From: Vulcanimicrobiota bacterium
GTDB taxonomy: Bacteria > Vulcanimicrobiota > Vulcanimicrobiia > Eremiobacterales > Eremiobacteraceae
Length of the DNA stretch: 64,000 nucleotides
Assembly (NCBI GenBank): GCA_963805945.1
Contig: CAWDVP010000002.1
Coordinates: 224,001-288,000 of the forward strand
Direction of reading: 5' to 3'
In this document: positions 30,129 through 39,471 of the stretch, piece after piece
Numbering within the stretch: position 1 is the stretch's first letter
How the letters are laid out: each line of letters begins with the position of its first letter
Translations under genes and position numbers: made by a program
Notes under the pieces: generated by a model
The model's input: only the letters and a program-made list of their open reading frames with translations
Databases searched by the model: none
What the model was told of the DNA's origin: nothing

Positions 30129-33100
30129 CTATTCCTCGTGATCGTCGAGACCTTGATGGAACGTCGGGTTGGGGCCGGTTTCGAGCGGCTGCTCGTCGAG
30201 CCGCCGCGCTTCCGCGCGCTCGCGCGCCCGGCGACGGCGTTCCTCGAGCTCGTGTTCGCTCGAGACGAACAGCGAGTCGTCCTTGCCGTTGCCGTCGATC
30301 TCCACCGCTTCGAACTCGAAGACCTCGGGGGCGCTCTCGATGACCGGCGCCTCGTCGGACTCCGCGAACGGCGACGGGGGATAGAGCTGACGCACTTTGC
30401 CCTTTATCGGCGGCGCCGAAGCCGCGCCGAAGATCGCGCCGTGCGAGGGACGTCGCTTGCCGAACGGTGCCGGCTTCTTGCCCGGGTCCGCGTTCTCGTC
30501 GATCGGCTCCGGCTCCATGTCCGCCGGCGGATAGACCTGTTTCACGGCCGGTCCGCTGCGCGCCGGCGCGCCGCCTCGGCCTCCTCGACCACCACCGCGT
30601 CCGCCGCGGTCACGTCCGCCACGGTCGTCTCGACCGCGAGGCGGGCGATCTTCGCGCGGCGCACGATCCTCGCGCGGCGCACGATCCTCGCGCGGCGCAC
30701 GGTCCTCGCGCGGCGCACGGTCCTCGCGCGGCGCGCGATCCTCACGTGGCGCGCGCACGTCGCGAAGCGCATGCTCGTCTCGCGGCGCACGACCGCGCGG
30801 AGCGCGGCCTTCGCGATCGCCGGGGCTGCGGATCGGCCGCTCGTCGTCGCCGTCCACATCGTGTTCGAAGCTGCGTGGACGAATGGACCCCGGTGGCAAG
30901 AACTCGATGTCGACGGCCGCCGGGCGGCCCGGCGCGACCACTGCGTCGAGCTCGTCGTCGAACTCTTCCTCGCGGCGCGGCGTCGCTTCGCGCGGCGCCA
31001 CATCGCGTGGAGCCGCACCGCGCGGCGCACTGCTGCGCGGCGTGACGCCACGCGGCGACGTGCCGCGTGACGATGGACCGCGCGAGCCACGCGTCGGCTC
31101 GCGGCGGCTCTCGCGCACCGGTTCGTTGAATGCCTCATCGCCCTCGGCGCTCTTGCGCCGGCCCCCGCGCACTTCCGCGTCCGGGTTGATCTCCACCGGG
31201 GCTCCGTAGAGCTGCCGGATCGGCCCCGAGAAGCGGCGTGGACGGCGCTCTTCGCCCCGATCCTCGCGGCCGTTCGGCCGGATCTCGGCCTCGTCTGCGA
31301 CGGTCTCGCGGACGACGAGCTCTTCATCGCCTTCGGCGAGCGGCGCGCTCGTGCGTTCGTCCAGACTTGCTCAGGCCGCGCCCGCCTCGCCCACGTCGGC
31401 GGCGGCGGCGACCGGCGGTCGTCGTCTCGGTGTCGTCACCGCGGACCGGCGTGATGCCTCCCGCGATCGGCTTCGTCTTATCGGGCACGACGGTGACCGA
31501 CGACTCATCCGAGTCATCGTAGTCGATGTCGGCCTCGCCGCCGACGACCAGCGGTTTGAAGCCACGCGCGTCGGCCAAGTCGCCGCGACCACCGCGACGG
31601 CCTCTGCCTCTACTGCCGCCCGATGCGGCAGGACGGCCTTCGCCGCGGCCCCGCGGCGCGGGCCGCGTCGTCGTCGAAGCGCTCACACCGCGCGTCCGGC
31701 CGACAGGCCTGCCGCGCATGGTGTAGTCTTCTTCCTCTTCTTCCAAGCCGAAGATGTTGCTGGGCACCGCGATGCGGTCGATGCGCGTCGGCTGCGGCGG
31801 CGGGGTCGGCTTCGCCGGCTCCTCCGTCTCGCCCGCGACCTTGCCGCGGCGGCGGCGGCGGCGCTTCGCAGCAGGCAGCGGTTCGGCGAGCTCTGCGCGC
31901 GCCATGTTGCCGTCGACGGCGACGATCCGCAGTTTCACGGTCTGGCCGACACCGTTGGCGGCGTCTCTGACCTCGACGAGCTGCCCGTCGACGACGGCGA
32001 CGCCGGACGACGGATCGGGCATGCGCACGGCGAGCAGGTCCGCTTCGACCTCTTTACCGGCGGCGATCGGCAGGCGCTGGCGCTGCGCCGGCTCGACGAG
32101 CACCTGCTCGCGATGGCGCATCGGTTGGACGTACAGCCGCAGATCGACGGTCAGCGTCTTCGCCAGCTTCTCGAACTCCTCGCGGTACCAGCCCATGAGC
32201 TGGGTCGCGACCGACGGCTCGGTGACGATATCCCACGCCTTGACGTTGCTCTGGTCGATGCCGTTCTGGCGGATCTGTCGCAGCAGCGCCGATGGCGAGC
32301 GTCTCGCTCGACATCACGTCGCCCAGACCGCTGCAGTACGGGCATTCGGAGCGCAGCTGGCCGGCGAGATCCTTGCCGACGCGCTTGCGCGTGAACTCGA
32401 GCAGGCCGAGGTTGGAGAACATCTGGATGGTGCTGCGCGTGCGATCGCGGCGCAGCGATTCGGATGAGCGTCGTGATGACCTGTTCGCGGCTGCGCTCGT
32501 GCGACATGTCGATGAAGTCGACGACGATGATGCCGCCGATGTCGCGCAGGCGCACCTGCCGCGCGATCTCCGCCGCCGCTTCGATATTGGTGCGGACGAT
32601 CGTGTCTTCGAGATTGCGGCCGCCGGTGAACTTGCCGGTGTTGACGTCGATGACGGTGAGCGCCTCGGTCGATTCGATGACGAGGTGGCCGCCCGAGGGC
32701 AGGAAGATCTTGGTCTTGAGCAGCTTCTGCAGCTCTTCGTCGATGCCGCGCACCTCGAAGAGGTTGCCGGGACCCTCGACAGCTTCAGCCGGTCAGGTAT
32801 TGCGGCCCGAGCAGCGACATGGTGGAGCGGATCTCTTCGTACTGCTCTTTGGAATCGATGATGACGGCTCGACGTCGCTCGTGAGGAAGTCGCGCACCGC
32901 CTTGAAGACCAGGTTGAGGTCTTTGTGCAGCAGCGCCGGCGCGCTCGCGCGCTGATAGATTCAAGGATGTCGTGCCACAGCCGCAGCTGCACGCCGAGGT
33001 CGGCGAGCAGTTCGGCTTCGCTGACGCCCGGGCGGCGGTGCGCACGATCGTCGCCATGCCTTCGGGCCGCAGCTTGCGCATGATGAGCTTGAGGCGGTTG

Positions 33101-33551
33101 CGCTCGTTCTCATCGTCGATGCGCGAGGACACGCCCGAGTAGCTGCCGGTGGGCATGAGCACGAGGTAGCGGCCGGGCAGCGAGACGTTGGTGGAGACGC
33201 GCGCGCCCTTGAGGCCGCGCGGCTCCTTGACGATCTGGACGAGGATCTCGTCGCCGACCTTGAGCAGCTCGTCGACGGTGTGGCCGCGGCGCCGCTCGGT
33301 CATCTCGGTCCTCCCCGATGTTGATGCGGGTCGCGACGGATGTCGTCTACGTAGAGGAACGCATTGCGGCCGAGCCCGATGTTGACGAAACAGGCTCCCA
33401 TACCGGGGAGGACGTTCTCGACGCGGGCCTTATAGATCGAGCCGATGACCTTTTCTTCGCGTTCGAAGTAGATCTCAGCAAGCGCGCCTGCTTCGAGGAC
33501 GGCGACGCGGTTCTCCCAATCGTCGCATGAGATGAGGATCTCGGTTTTCAA
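30129..33551 (-). CDS. rne: Rne/Rng ribonuclease with TRAM-like domain and long disordered C-terminal tail (multiple frameshifts)
   Basis: GSIYKARV..VLPGM.ACFV.IG, VQIVKEP.G.KG, IDVNTG, LRDIGGIIVVDFIDM and CPYCSG motifs, followed by an Arg/Gly/acidic low-complexity tail. Confidence 0.85.
30648..30755 (-). repeat. 18-bp coding tandem repeat (RAPRED x6)
   Basis: tcctcgcgcggcgcacg[ag] units inside the rne tail. Confidence 0.9.
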
Positions 33552-34020
33552 GAAATTCTACCTTTAGGGATGCAAAGTGAAAAGAGCGTGCCGACTGGAG
33601 TTCGGCCGCTGCGGATCTCGAGGGGTCTGGAATGCCCGTTACGGCGTTCCGTCGCGACGTACGCGTGAGCGCGGGCGGCGTGCCCGCGATCGACAGTCCT
33701 GAAATAGGTCTCTCCAGCTCTCGGTGATGCGGCCTGTGCCGCGGCTGGGGTGCTGCCTACCGTAAGGCGGCATCGGGCGCGTACGTGCGTCGTATGGTTC
33801 GCTGCGAATCAGATGAATCGAAAATTTCTGCTTTTGCCGGCGGCGTCCACTCGTGGGGACCAGCGACGCCGGGTACGCAACGCTCTACCGATACTCGGTA
33901 CGGGCTTCCAACATATGGCCCAGGTATGTCTATTCTTCGACATCGGGTCTGGGCGACCTTTATCCCGTTGGGTAGGACAAAAGATGCCCAGGCCACAATT
34001 AAGGCTAGGCTTGGCGGTGC

Positions 34021-34098
34021 GAGGCCCGGTTCGGGTCTCGTGCGAACCGTCGAGCCAAGTCACGTCGGCTATTTTTTTTGCTGCTGGGAGATAGATTG
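34021..34098 (+). promoter_or_regulatory. Duplicated structured leader, copy 1
   Basis: Closely similar to 35049-35124; ends in ttgctgctgggagatagattg before the ATG. Confidence 0.55.
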
Positions 34099-35049
34099 AT
34101 GCTACAACGGGTTCTTGGGCTCGCGATCATCTGCGTAGCGCTGGCGAGCTGCTCGACATCGTCCACGACCGTGGGGAGTTTCTCGCCGCCGCCGCCGAAG
34201 TTCACGCGGCTCCACGTGACGACGTTTCGCAGCTCCCCTAACTCCATGTTCGAGGTGTTCGCCCCGCCGTTCAGCGCATCGTCGACACCCGTCATAGACA
34301 TTTCAAGCGCAGCGAGCGGCTTCGATTCCCCGGCCGGCCTGGCGATCGATACGCTTGGCAAGATATACACTGTCAACGAGGGTGCTACGAACACGGTGAC
34401 CATTCACGCGCAACCGTTCACCGCAACGAGCACGCCGCTGGTCAAGTTCACCCTGCCCGGATCCGCAAACAATCCGTACACTCTATCGCTCGATAACAGC
34501 GGCGACATCTGGGTAGGAGACCGCAACGGCGCTGCGAGTCACCTCTACGAATACGTGGCACCGTTCACGAATTCGTCAACTCCGGCGCTCACCCTGACGA
34601 GTGCGAACGGGCTGACGGACGCGACCGGCACCGCGTTCGACGCCTCGGGCCACATGGCCGTTGGCCAAGAGGTCTCGTCAAACGTGTTGATCTACAACTT
34701 GCCGCTCATCGTGTCGAGCATGCCTGCGGCTACGATTCCCCTCGCGGCGAATGGTCAAGGCGTTGCCTTCGACAGCGCCGGCAATCTGTACGCGGTGCTT
34801 GAATCGGGCGCGGGAGGAGTTGAAGTGTTCCGCCCGCCGTTCACCAACGGCGAATTACCCGCGTTCTCCTTCGGCAGCGCTATAGGAGCGTTCCCCACAT
34901 TCGATGCGAGCGGCAACCTCTGGGTTCCCGATTTCGGGCAACACGTGAACGAATATTCTCCGCCCTTCTCCGCGTCGTCGACCGTGGTGCTGAGCCTGCC
35001 CCTGGCGAGCGGCGCCGCAGAGGCGACCGGGGTCGCGTTCGGCCCCTAG
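34099..35049 (+). CDS. Lipoprotein with NHL-like beta-propeller repeats, paralog 1
   Basis: LASC lipobox; repeated G.AFD.SG.L and Y.PPF...S.P units. Confidence 0.8.
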   Translation: MLQRVLGLAIICVALASCSTSSTTVGSFSPPPPKFTRLHVTTFRSSPNSMFEVFAPPFSASSTPVIDISSAASGFDSPAGLAIDTLGKIYTVNEGATNTVTIHAQPFTATSTPLVKFTLPGSANNPYTLSLDNSGDIWVGDRNGAASHLYEYVAPFTNSSTPALTLTSANGLTDATGTAFDASGHMAVGQEVSSNVLIYNLPLIVSSMPAATIPLAANGQGVAFDSAGNLYAVLESGAGGVEVFRPPFTNGELPAFSFGSAIGAFPTFDASGNLWVPDFGQHVNEYSPPFSASSTVVLSLPLASGAAEATGVAFGP

Positions 35050-35124
35050 AGGGCCCAGTCGGGGTCTCGCGCGAACCCGTCGAGCCAGTCACGTCGTCAT
35101 TTCTTGCTGCTGGGAGATAGATTG
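35049..35124 (+). promoter_or_regulatory. Duplicated structured leader, copy 2
   Basis: Similar to 34021-34098. Confidence 0.55.
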
Positions 35125-36078
35125 ATGCTACAACGGGGTTTTCTGCTCGCCTTCGTCTGCGTCGCGCTGGCGAGCTGTTCGACATCGTCCACGACCGTGG
35201 GGAGTTTCTCGCCTCCGCCACCCGCATTCCCGCGGCTGTACGCGACGACGTTCGATTCGCCGCCGAATTCGCTGCTTGAGGTGTACGCACCGCCGTTCAC
35301 CGCTGCGCCGACGCCTGTCATCGACATCAAGAGCGTCTTGAGCAAACTGAGCACGCCCGGCGGCATCGCGATCGACAAGCACGGCACGGTCTATGTCATC
35401 AACGACACGTGCTGCTACGTCACGATCTACTCGCAGCCGCTGACCGTCCTGAGCACTCCCACCACGCAGTTCAATCTGCCGGTAGGCGCCAGTAACGCGT
35501 ACAGTCTCGCGCTGGATGCGGCAGGCGACATCTGGACCGCGGGTCGGGGCAACAACGCGATCTACGAATACACGCCGCCGTTCACCAACACATCGACGCC
35601 GGCGTTGACGCTCACCGCCGCCAACGGCCTCACGAATGCGATCGGCATCGCCTTCGACGCCGCGGGGCACATGGCGGTGGCCAATGAGACGAGCAGCCAG
35701 CTGCTCATCTACAACCCGCCCTTCACGGGCGCGAGCATGCCCGCCGCGACGATCACCCTTCCAAACCAAGGTCAAGGCGTTGCGTTCGACGCCAGCGGCA
35801 ATCTATACGTGACCTTCTTCGTCGACCCGTCCGGCGTGACGGTCTACAAACCGCCCTTCACCAACGGCCAATTGCCGGCGTTCACCTTCGCACCGACGGC
35901 GCTCCACGACTCCGGCTTCCCCACCTTCGACGGGCTGGGCGATCTGTGGGTGCCGAACTCCGGAAACCACACGGTGACCGAGTTCTCGCCGCCGTTCTCC
36001 GCTGCAACCGTACCGGCTCTGGTATTGACGCTTTCGTCGTCGTCGGCAGCGCCCTACGGCGTCGCGTTCGGGCCGTAA
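35125..36078 (+). CDS. Lipoprotein with NHL-like beta-propeller repeats, paralog 2
   Basis: Same N-terminus (LASCSTSSTTVGSFSPPPP) and C-terminus (GVAFGP) as paralog 1. Confidence 0.8.
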   Translation: MLQRGFLLAFVCVALASCSTSSTTVGSFSPPPPAFPRLYATTFDSPPNSLLEVYAPPFTAAPTPVIDIKSVLSKLSTPGGIAIDKHGTVYVINDTCCYVTIYSQPLTVLSTPTTQFNLPVGASNAYSLALDAAGDIWTAGRGNNAIYEYTPPFTNTSTPALTLTAANGLTNAIGIAFDAAGHMAVANETSSQLLIYNPPFTGASMPAATITLPNQGQGVAFDASGNLYVTFFVDPSGVTVYKPPFTNGQLPAFTFAPTALHDSGFPTFDGLGDLWVPNSGNHTVTEFSPPFSAATVPALVLTLSSSSAAPYGVAFGP

Positions 36079-36152
36079 GTCTCGACTCAGCGTAATCACG
36101 ACACAGCGGCGCGACCGGTGACGGTGGCGCCGCTTCCTCTTGCGCCAGCCCG

Positions 36153-37262
36153 TCAGTCGAACGACATCTTATCTCGTTGCAGGTGGATGTTGAGCAGCAC
36201 CCCCACCGCCATGAACGACGTGATGAGGCTCGAGCCGCCGTAGGAGATGAAGGGCAGCGGGATGCCGGTCACCGGCATGATGCCGACCGTCATGCCGACG
36301 TTGATGAGGATGTGGAAGGCGAACATCGCGATGATGCCGACCGCGACGAGCACGCCGTACTTGTCGCGTGCCGCGGTCACGGCGAGCGCCCCGGCCCCGA
36401 GCAGCACCGCGTAAAGCCCGAGCAGCAGCATCGCCCCCAGGAATCCCAGCTCTTCGCCGATGACCGCGAAGATGAAATCCGTCGCGTGCTCCGGCACGAA
36501 GCCGAGCTGCGTCTGCGTGCCGTGATAGAGCCCTTTGCCCGCCAGCTGGCCCGAGCCGACCGCGATCTTCGATTGGATCAGGCTCCAGCCGGCGCCTTGC
36601 GGATCGTGCTTCGGGTCGAGGAACACCAGCAGGCGCTGGCGCTGATAGCCCTTGAGGAAGTAAGGCGTGATGACGGCGATCGTGCCGGCGACGACGACCG
36701 TCGCCGCATACGCCGCGAAATGCACGAGGCTCGGCAATGCGAAGAACAGCATGGCGCTGAGGATCGCCATGAGCACGAGCGCCGTGCCGAGGTCCGGCTG
36801 CTTCATCACGAGCGCGGCCGGCAGCGCGACGGCGGCGATGGGCAGCCAGAGATCGCGCAACCGGCTCCAGCTGCGCCGCGGATCGGCGAGCAGCGCCCCC
36901 AGCGAGAGGATGGTGAGCAGCTTGGCCAGCTCGGACGGCTGGAAGACGATCGGCCCGAAGCCGATCCAGCGCTGCGCGCCCAGCGCCTGATGGCCCGCCA
37001 CCGCGACCGCCGCCAGCATGAGTATGTTGATGATATAGATGGGCCACGCGAAGCGCGCGTAGAGGTGGTAGTCCACGAACGCGAGCACGAACATCGCGGC
37101 GATGCCCACGATGAGATAGGCGAGCTGGTGGGTGAAGTCCGCGCGGCCGCCGGGCAGGTGGAGCGTCGCGCTCTTTATGATGACGAGCCCGAAGACGCCC
37201 AGCGCGATCGCGGCGGCCGCGAGCGGATAGTTGAACGACTGATACCACGGGCGTTCGAGCAT
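36153..37262 (-). CDS. rodA: Rod shape-determining protein RodA
   Basis: GAQRWI, QPSELAK, QPDLGT, PEHATDFIF..GEE.G and PVTGIPLPFISYGGSS motifs; directly downstream of minE region. Confidence 0.92.
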   Translation of the reverse strand: MLERPWYQSFNYPLAAAAIALGVFGLVIIKSATLHLPGGRADFTHQLAYLIVGIAAMFVLAFVDYHLYARFAWPIYIINILMLAAVAVAGHQALGAQRWIGFGPIVFQPSELAKLLTILSLGALLADPRRSWSRLRDLWLPIAAVALPAALVMKQPDLGTALVLMAILSAMLFFALPSLVHFAAYAATVVVAGTIAVITPYFLKGYQRQRLLVFLDPKHDPQGAGWSLIQSKIAVGSGQLAGKGLYHGTQTQLGFVPEHATDFIFAVIGEELGFLGAMLLLGLYAVLLGAGALAVTAARDKYGVLVAVGIIAMFAFHILINVGMTVGIMPVTGIPLPFISYGGSSLITSFMAVGVLLNIHLQRDKMSFD

Positions 37263-37403
37263 GTCGCATCGATGCTTCGCCCGCGTGCGTGGGGGACCTT
37301 GGGCGGCGAAGCAATCGCCCCTTGCGACGCGAAGGTCCGTGGCAGTTCGCCGGACGCCCGTCTGGACTCCGGTCAATGCGCTGCGTCTTCAATGGAGGTT
37401 CCC

Positions 37404-38009
37404 ATGTCGCTCGAGCTGCTCAACACGGCGGGTACGCTGCTCACCGTCGCTATCGTCTCCGCGACAGCCATCGCGGCGCTGGTCCAGCTGCGCCACCTGC
37501 GTGCCGGCAACCAGATCACCGCGATGATCAGCATCGGCGAGAACCTCGGCGGGACGGCGTTCAGGGATGCGCTCAGCCTCGTGGGCCTGCGCCTCGCGAC
37601 CGCTCTTGAGGACCCCGGGTTCAGGGAGTACAGCGCGGCGCTCACGCGCGGACTCACGCCGAGCGAGATCTACCCTGAGTATGCGGAGGTGCGCAGCGCC
37701 GCGCTGCTGGTCGGCAACGCGTATGAAGAGCTGGGCATCCTCGTCAAGAACGGCATCGTCGACAAGACGATGTTCCTCGACCGCTACACCTTCGTCATCA
37801 TCCGGACGTGGGGCCAGCTCGAGTCCTTCAACGCGTTCAACCGCGCGGTGGCGGGCGACGCATCGCTGTGGGAGAACTTCGAGCTGTTGACGGTCTACTC
37901 GCAGGACTGGGACCGTGAACACCCGAGCGATTATCCCAAGGGCGTGCGACGGCTGCAGCTCACCAGCCCTTGGCCCGTGCCGCCGGTTCCCCAGCCGGCG
38001 CAGGCGTGA
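37404..38009 (+). CDS. Membrane-anchored hypothetical protein (DUF4760-like), paralog of 50652-51230
   Basis: GGAGG RBS; MSLELL..AGT..ATAIAA..QL.HLR..NQ, WENFE.L and YPK motifs. Confidence 0.75.
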   Translation: MSLELLNTAGTLLTVAIVSATAIAALVQLRHLRAGNQITAMISIGENLGGTAFRDALSLVGLRLATALEDPGFREYSAALTRGLTPSEIYPEYAEVRSAALLVGNAYEELGILVKNGIVDKTMFLDRYTFVIIRTWGQLESFNAFNRAVAGDASLWENFELLTVYSQDWDREHPSDYPKGVRRLQLTSPWPVPPVPQPAQA

Positions 38010-38018
38010 TACAGAAAA

Positions 38019-38046
38019 GGGCCGACCTAAAGGTCGGCCCCTACAT
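38019..38046 (-). repeat. GTAG-type REP palindrome, family A
   Basis: gggccgacct-aa-aggtcggccc-ctacat; a partial second GTAG unit follows at ~38052-38070. Confidence 0.85.
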
Positions 38047-38069
38047 TAGCCTTGGCTCGAGCCCCTACA

Positions 38070-38471
38070 TCAGATCTGCGGCGTGTCCGGCGACGGCGGC
38101 GGCAGATTGCGTTTGCGGCGGCGACGGCGGCGCCGCGATTGCGATTCCGGGGCAGGCGCGTCGAGCAGCAACGACCCATTGCCCGCAGTGCCATGCGCCA
38201 GCGCCGCCGGCACGACCGGCTTGATCTTCACGACGGGGATATTGGCGAGCAACATGAACTGCCGCTCGGCGTTCTCGAAATGGACGTCCAGCCCGCGCTC
38301 GTCGATGTCCAGGTAGCGACGCACGACGCTGAGCATCTCGGTCTTCATCGAGTCGAACACGTCCGGCGCGAGCGACACGCGATCGGACATGAGCACGAGC
38401 CGCAGACGTTCTTTCGCCTGCGTCTTGCTCGACTCTTCACGGCCGAAGAACTTGGTCAAGAAATCCAACAT
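38070..38471 (-). CDS. minE: Cell division topological specificity factor MinE with basic C-terminal extension
   Basis: AKERLRLVL.SDR and ANIPV motifs. Confidence 0.92.
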   Translation of the reverse strand: MLDFLTKFFGREESSKTQAKERLRLVLMSDRVSLAPDVFDSMKTEMLSVVRRYLDIDERGLDVHFENAERQFMLLANIPVVKIKPVVPAALAHGTAGNGSLLLDAPAPESQSRRRRRRRKRNLPPPSPDTPQI

Positions 38472-38490
38472 GCTCTTCTCTCCTCGCGCC

Positions 38491-39471
38491 CTACGGCTTG
38501 CCTAAGCCGAGCGACGTCTTCAGGCGCGACATGAAGTCCACCGGTGCCTGGAACGATGGGATGGGAACGCTCTCGCCCAACAGTCGCCGGACGATGCGGC
38601 GGAACGCGCCGCCGGTCTCGGAGCCGTCGATGTCGATGACCGGGGTGCCGCGGTTCGTGGCGATGATGATATCCTTCTCGTCGGGCACCACGCCGATGAG
38701 CTCGAGCCGCAGGATCTCCACGACGTCGTCGACGCTCATCATCGTGCCCTTGCGCACGAGCGCCGGCCGCACGCGGTTGACGATGAGCTTCGCCTCGACC
38801 TCGGGCGGCAGCAAGCCGATGATGCGATCCGCGTCGCGCACCGCGGAGACCTCCGGCGTCGTGACGACGATGGCTTCCTTCGCCCCGGCGACCGCGTTGC
38901 GAAAGCCCTTCTCGATGCCGGCCGGACAGTCGATGAGCACGTAGTCGAAGCGCGCGGCGAGCGTGGTGACGAGCTCGATCATCTTATCGGTCGGCACGTC
39001 GTCCTTCTCGCGGTTCTGCGCGGCGGGCAGCAGGTACAGCGTCCGCCGCACGCGATCGCGCACGAGCGCATCGTCAAGCGCGCACTTCTCCTCGATGACG
39101 TCGAGCAGGTGCTTGTGCACGCGGTTCTCGAGGCCGAGCACGACGTCGAGGTTGCGCAGGCCGACGTCGGCGTCCACCACGACGACGTTCTTGCCCGCTT
39201 CGGCCAAGCCGGTGCCGAGATTGGCGGTCGTGGTCGTCTTGCCGACGCCGCCCTTGCCCGAGGTGATCACGATGGTGCGGCCGAGGGTGACCGGTTTACC
39301 CGAGCTGCGCTCGGGCACTACGGACGGGCGTTCGGGCGCGACCGACGTCGGTTCGGGCGGCGTCGTGGCGGCCGCGGCGAGCGCGTCTTCAACGTAAGCG
39401 CTGCGGGGCTCTGGATTCCAGCTACGCTGGCATATATCGGTTCCGGCGTATCCATGCTCCTCACGATCCAA
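38491..39471 (-). CDS. minD: Septum site-determining protein MinD, second copy (start uncertain)
   Basis: TSGKGGVGKTTTTANLG, DADVGLRNLD..LGLENR, DCPAGIE.GF, TPEVSAVRDADR, and a C-terminal amphipathic helix. Confidence 0.9.
   Translation of the reverse strand: MDREEHGYAGTDICQRSWNPEPRSAYVEDALAAAATTPPEPTSVAPERPSVVPERSSGKPVTLGRTIVITSGKGGVGKTTTTANLGTGLAEAGKNVVVVDADVGLRNLDVVLGLENRVHKHLLDVIEEKCALDDALVRDRVRRTLYLLPAAQNREKDDVPTDKMIELVTTLAARFDYVLIDCPAGIEKGFRNAVAGAKEAIVVTTPEVSAVRDADRIIGLLPPEVEAKLIVNRVRPALVRKGTMMSVDDVVEILRLELIGVVPDEKDIIIATNRGTPVIDIDGSETGGAFRRIVRRLLGESVPIPSFQAPVDFMSRLKTSLGLGKP

Noticed and set aside
34021..34098. c-di-AMP (ydaO) or c-di-GMP riboswitch
   Set aside because: Only a short GAACC(C)GTC resemblance; the other conserved blocks are missing.
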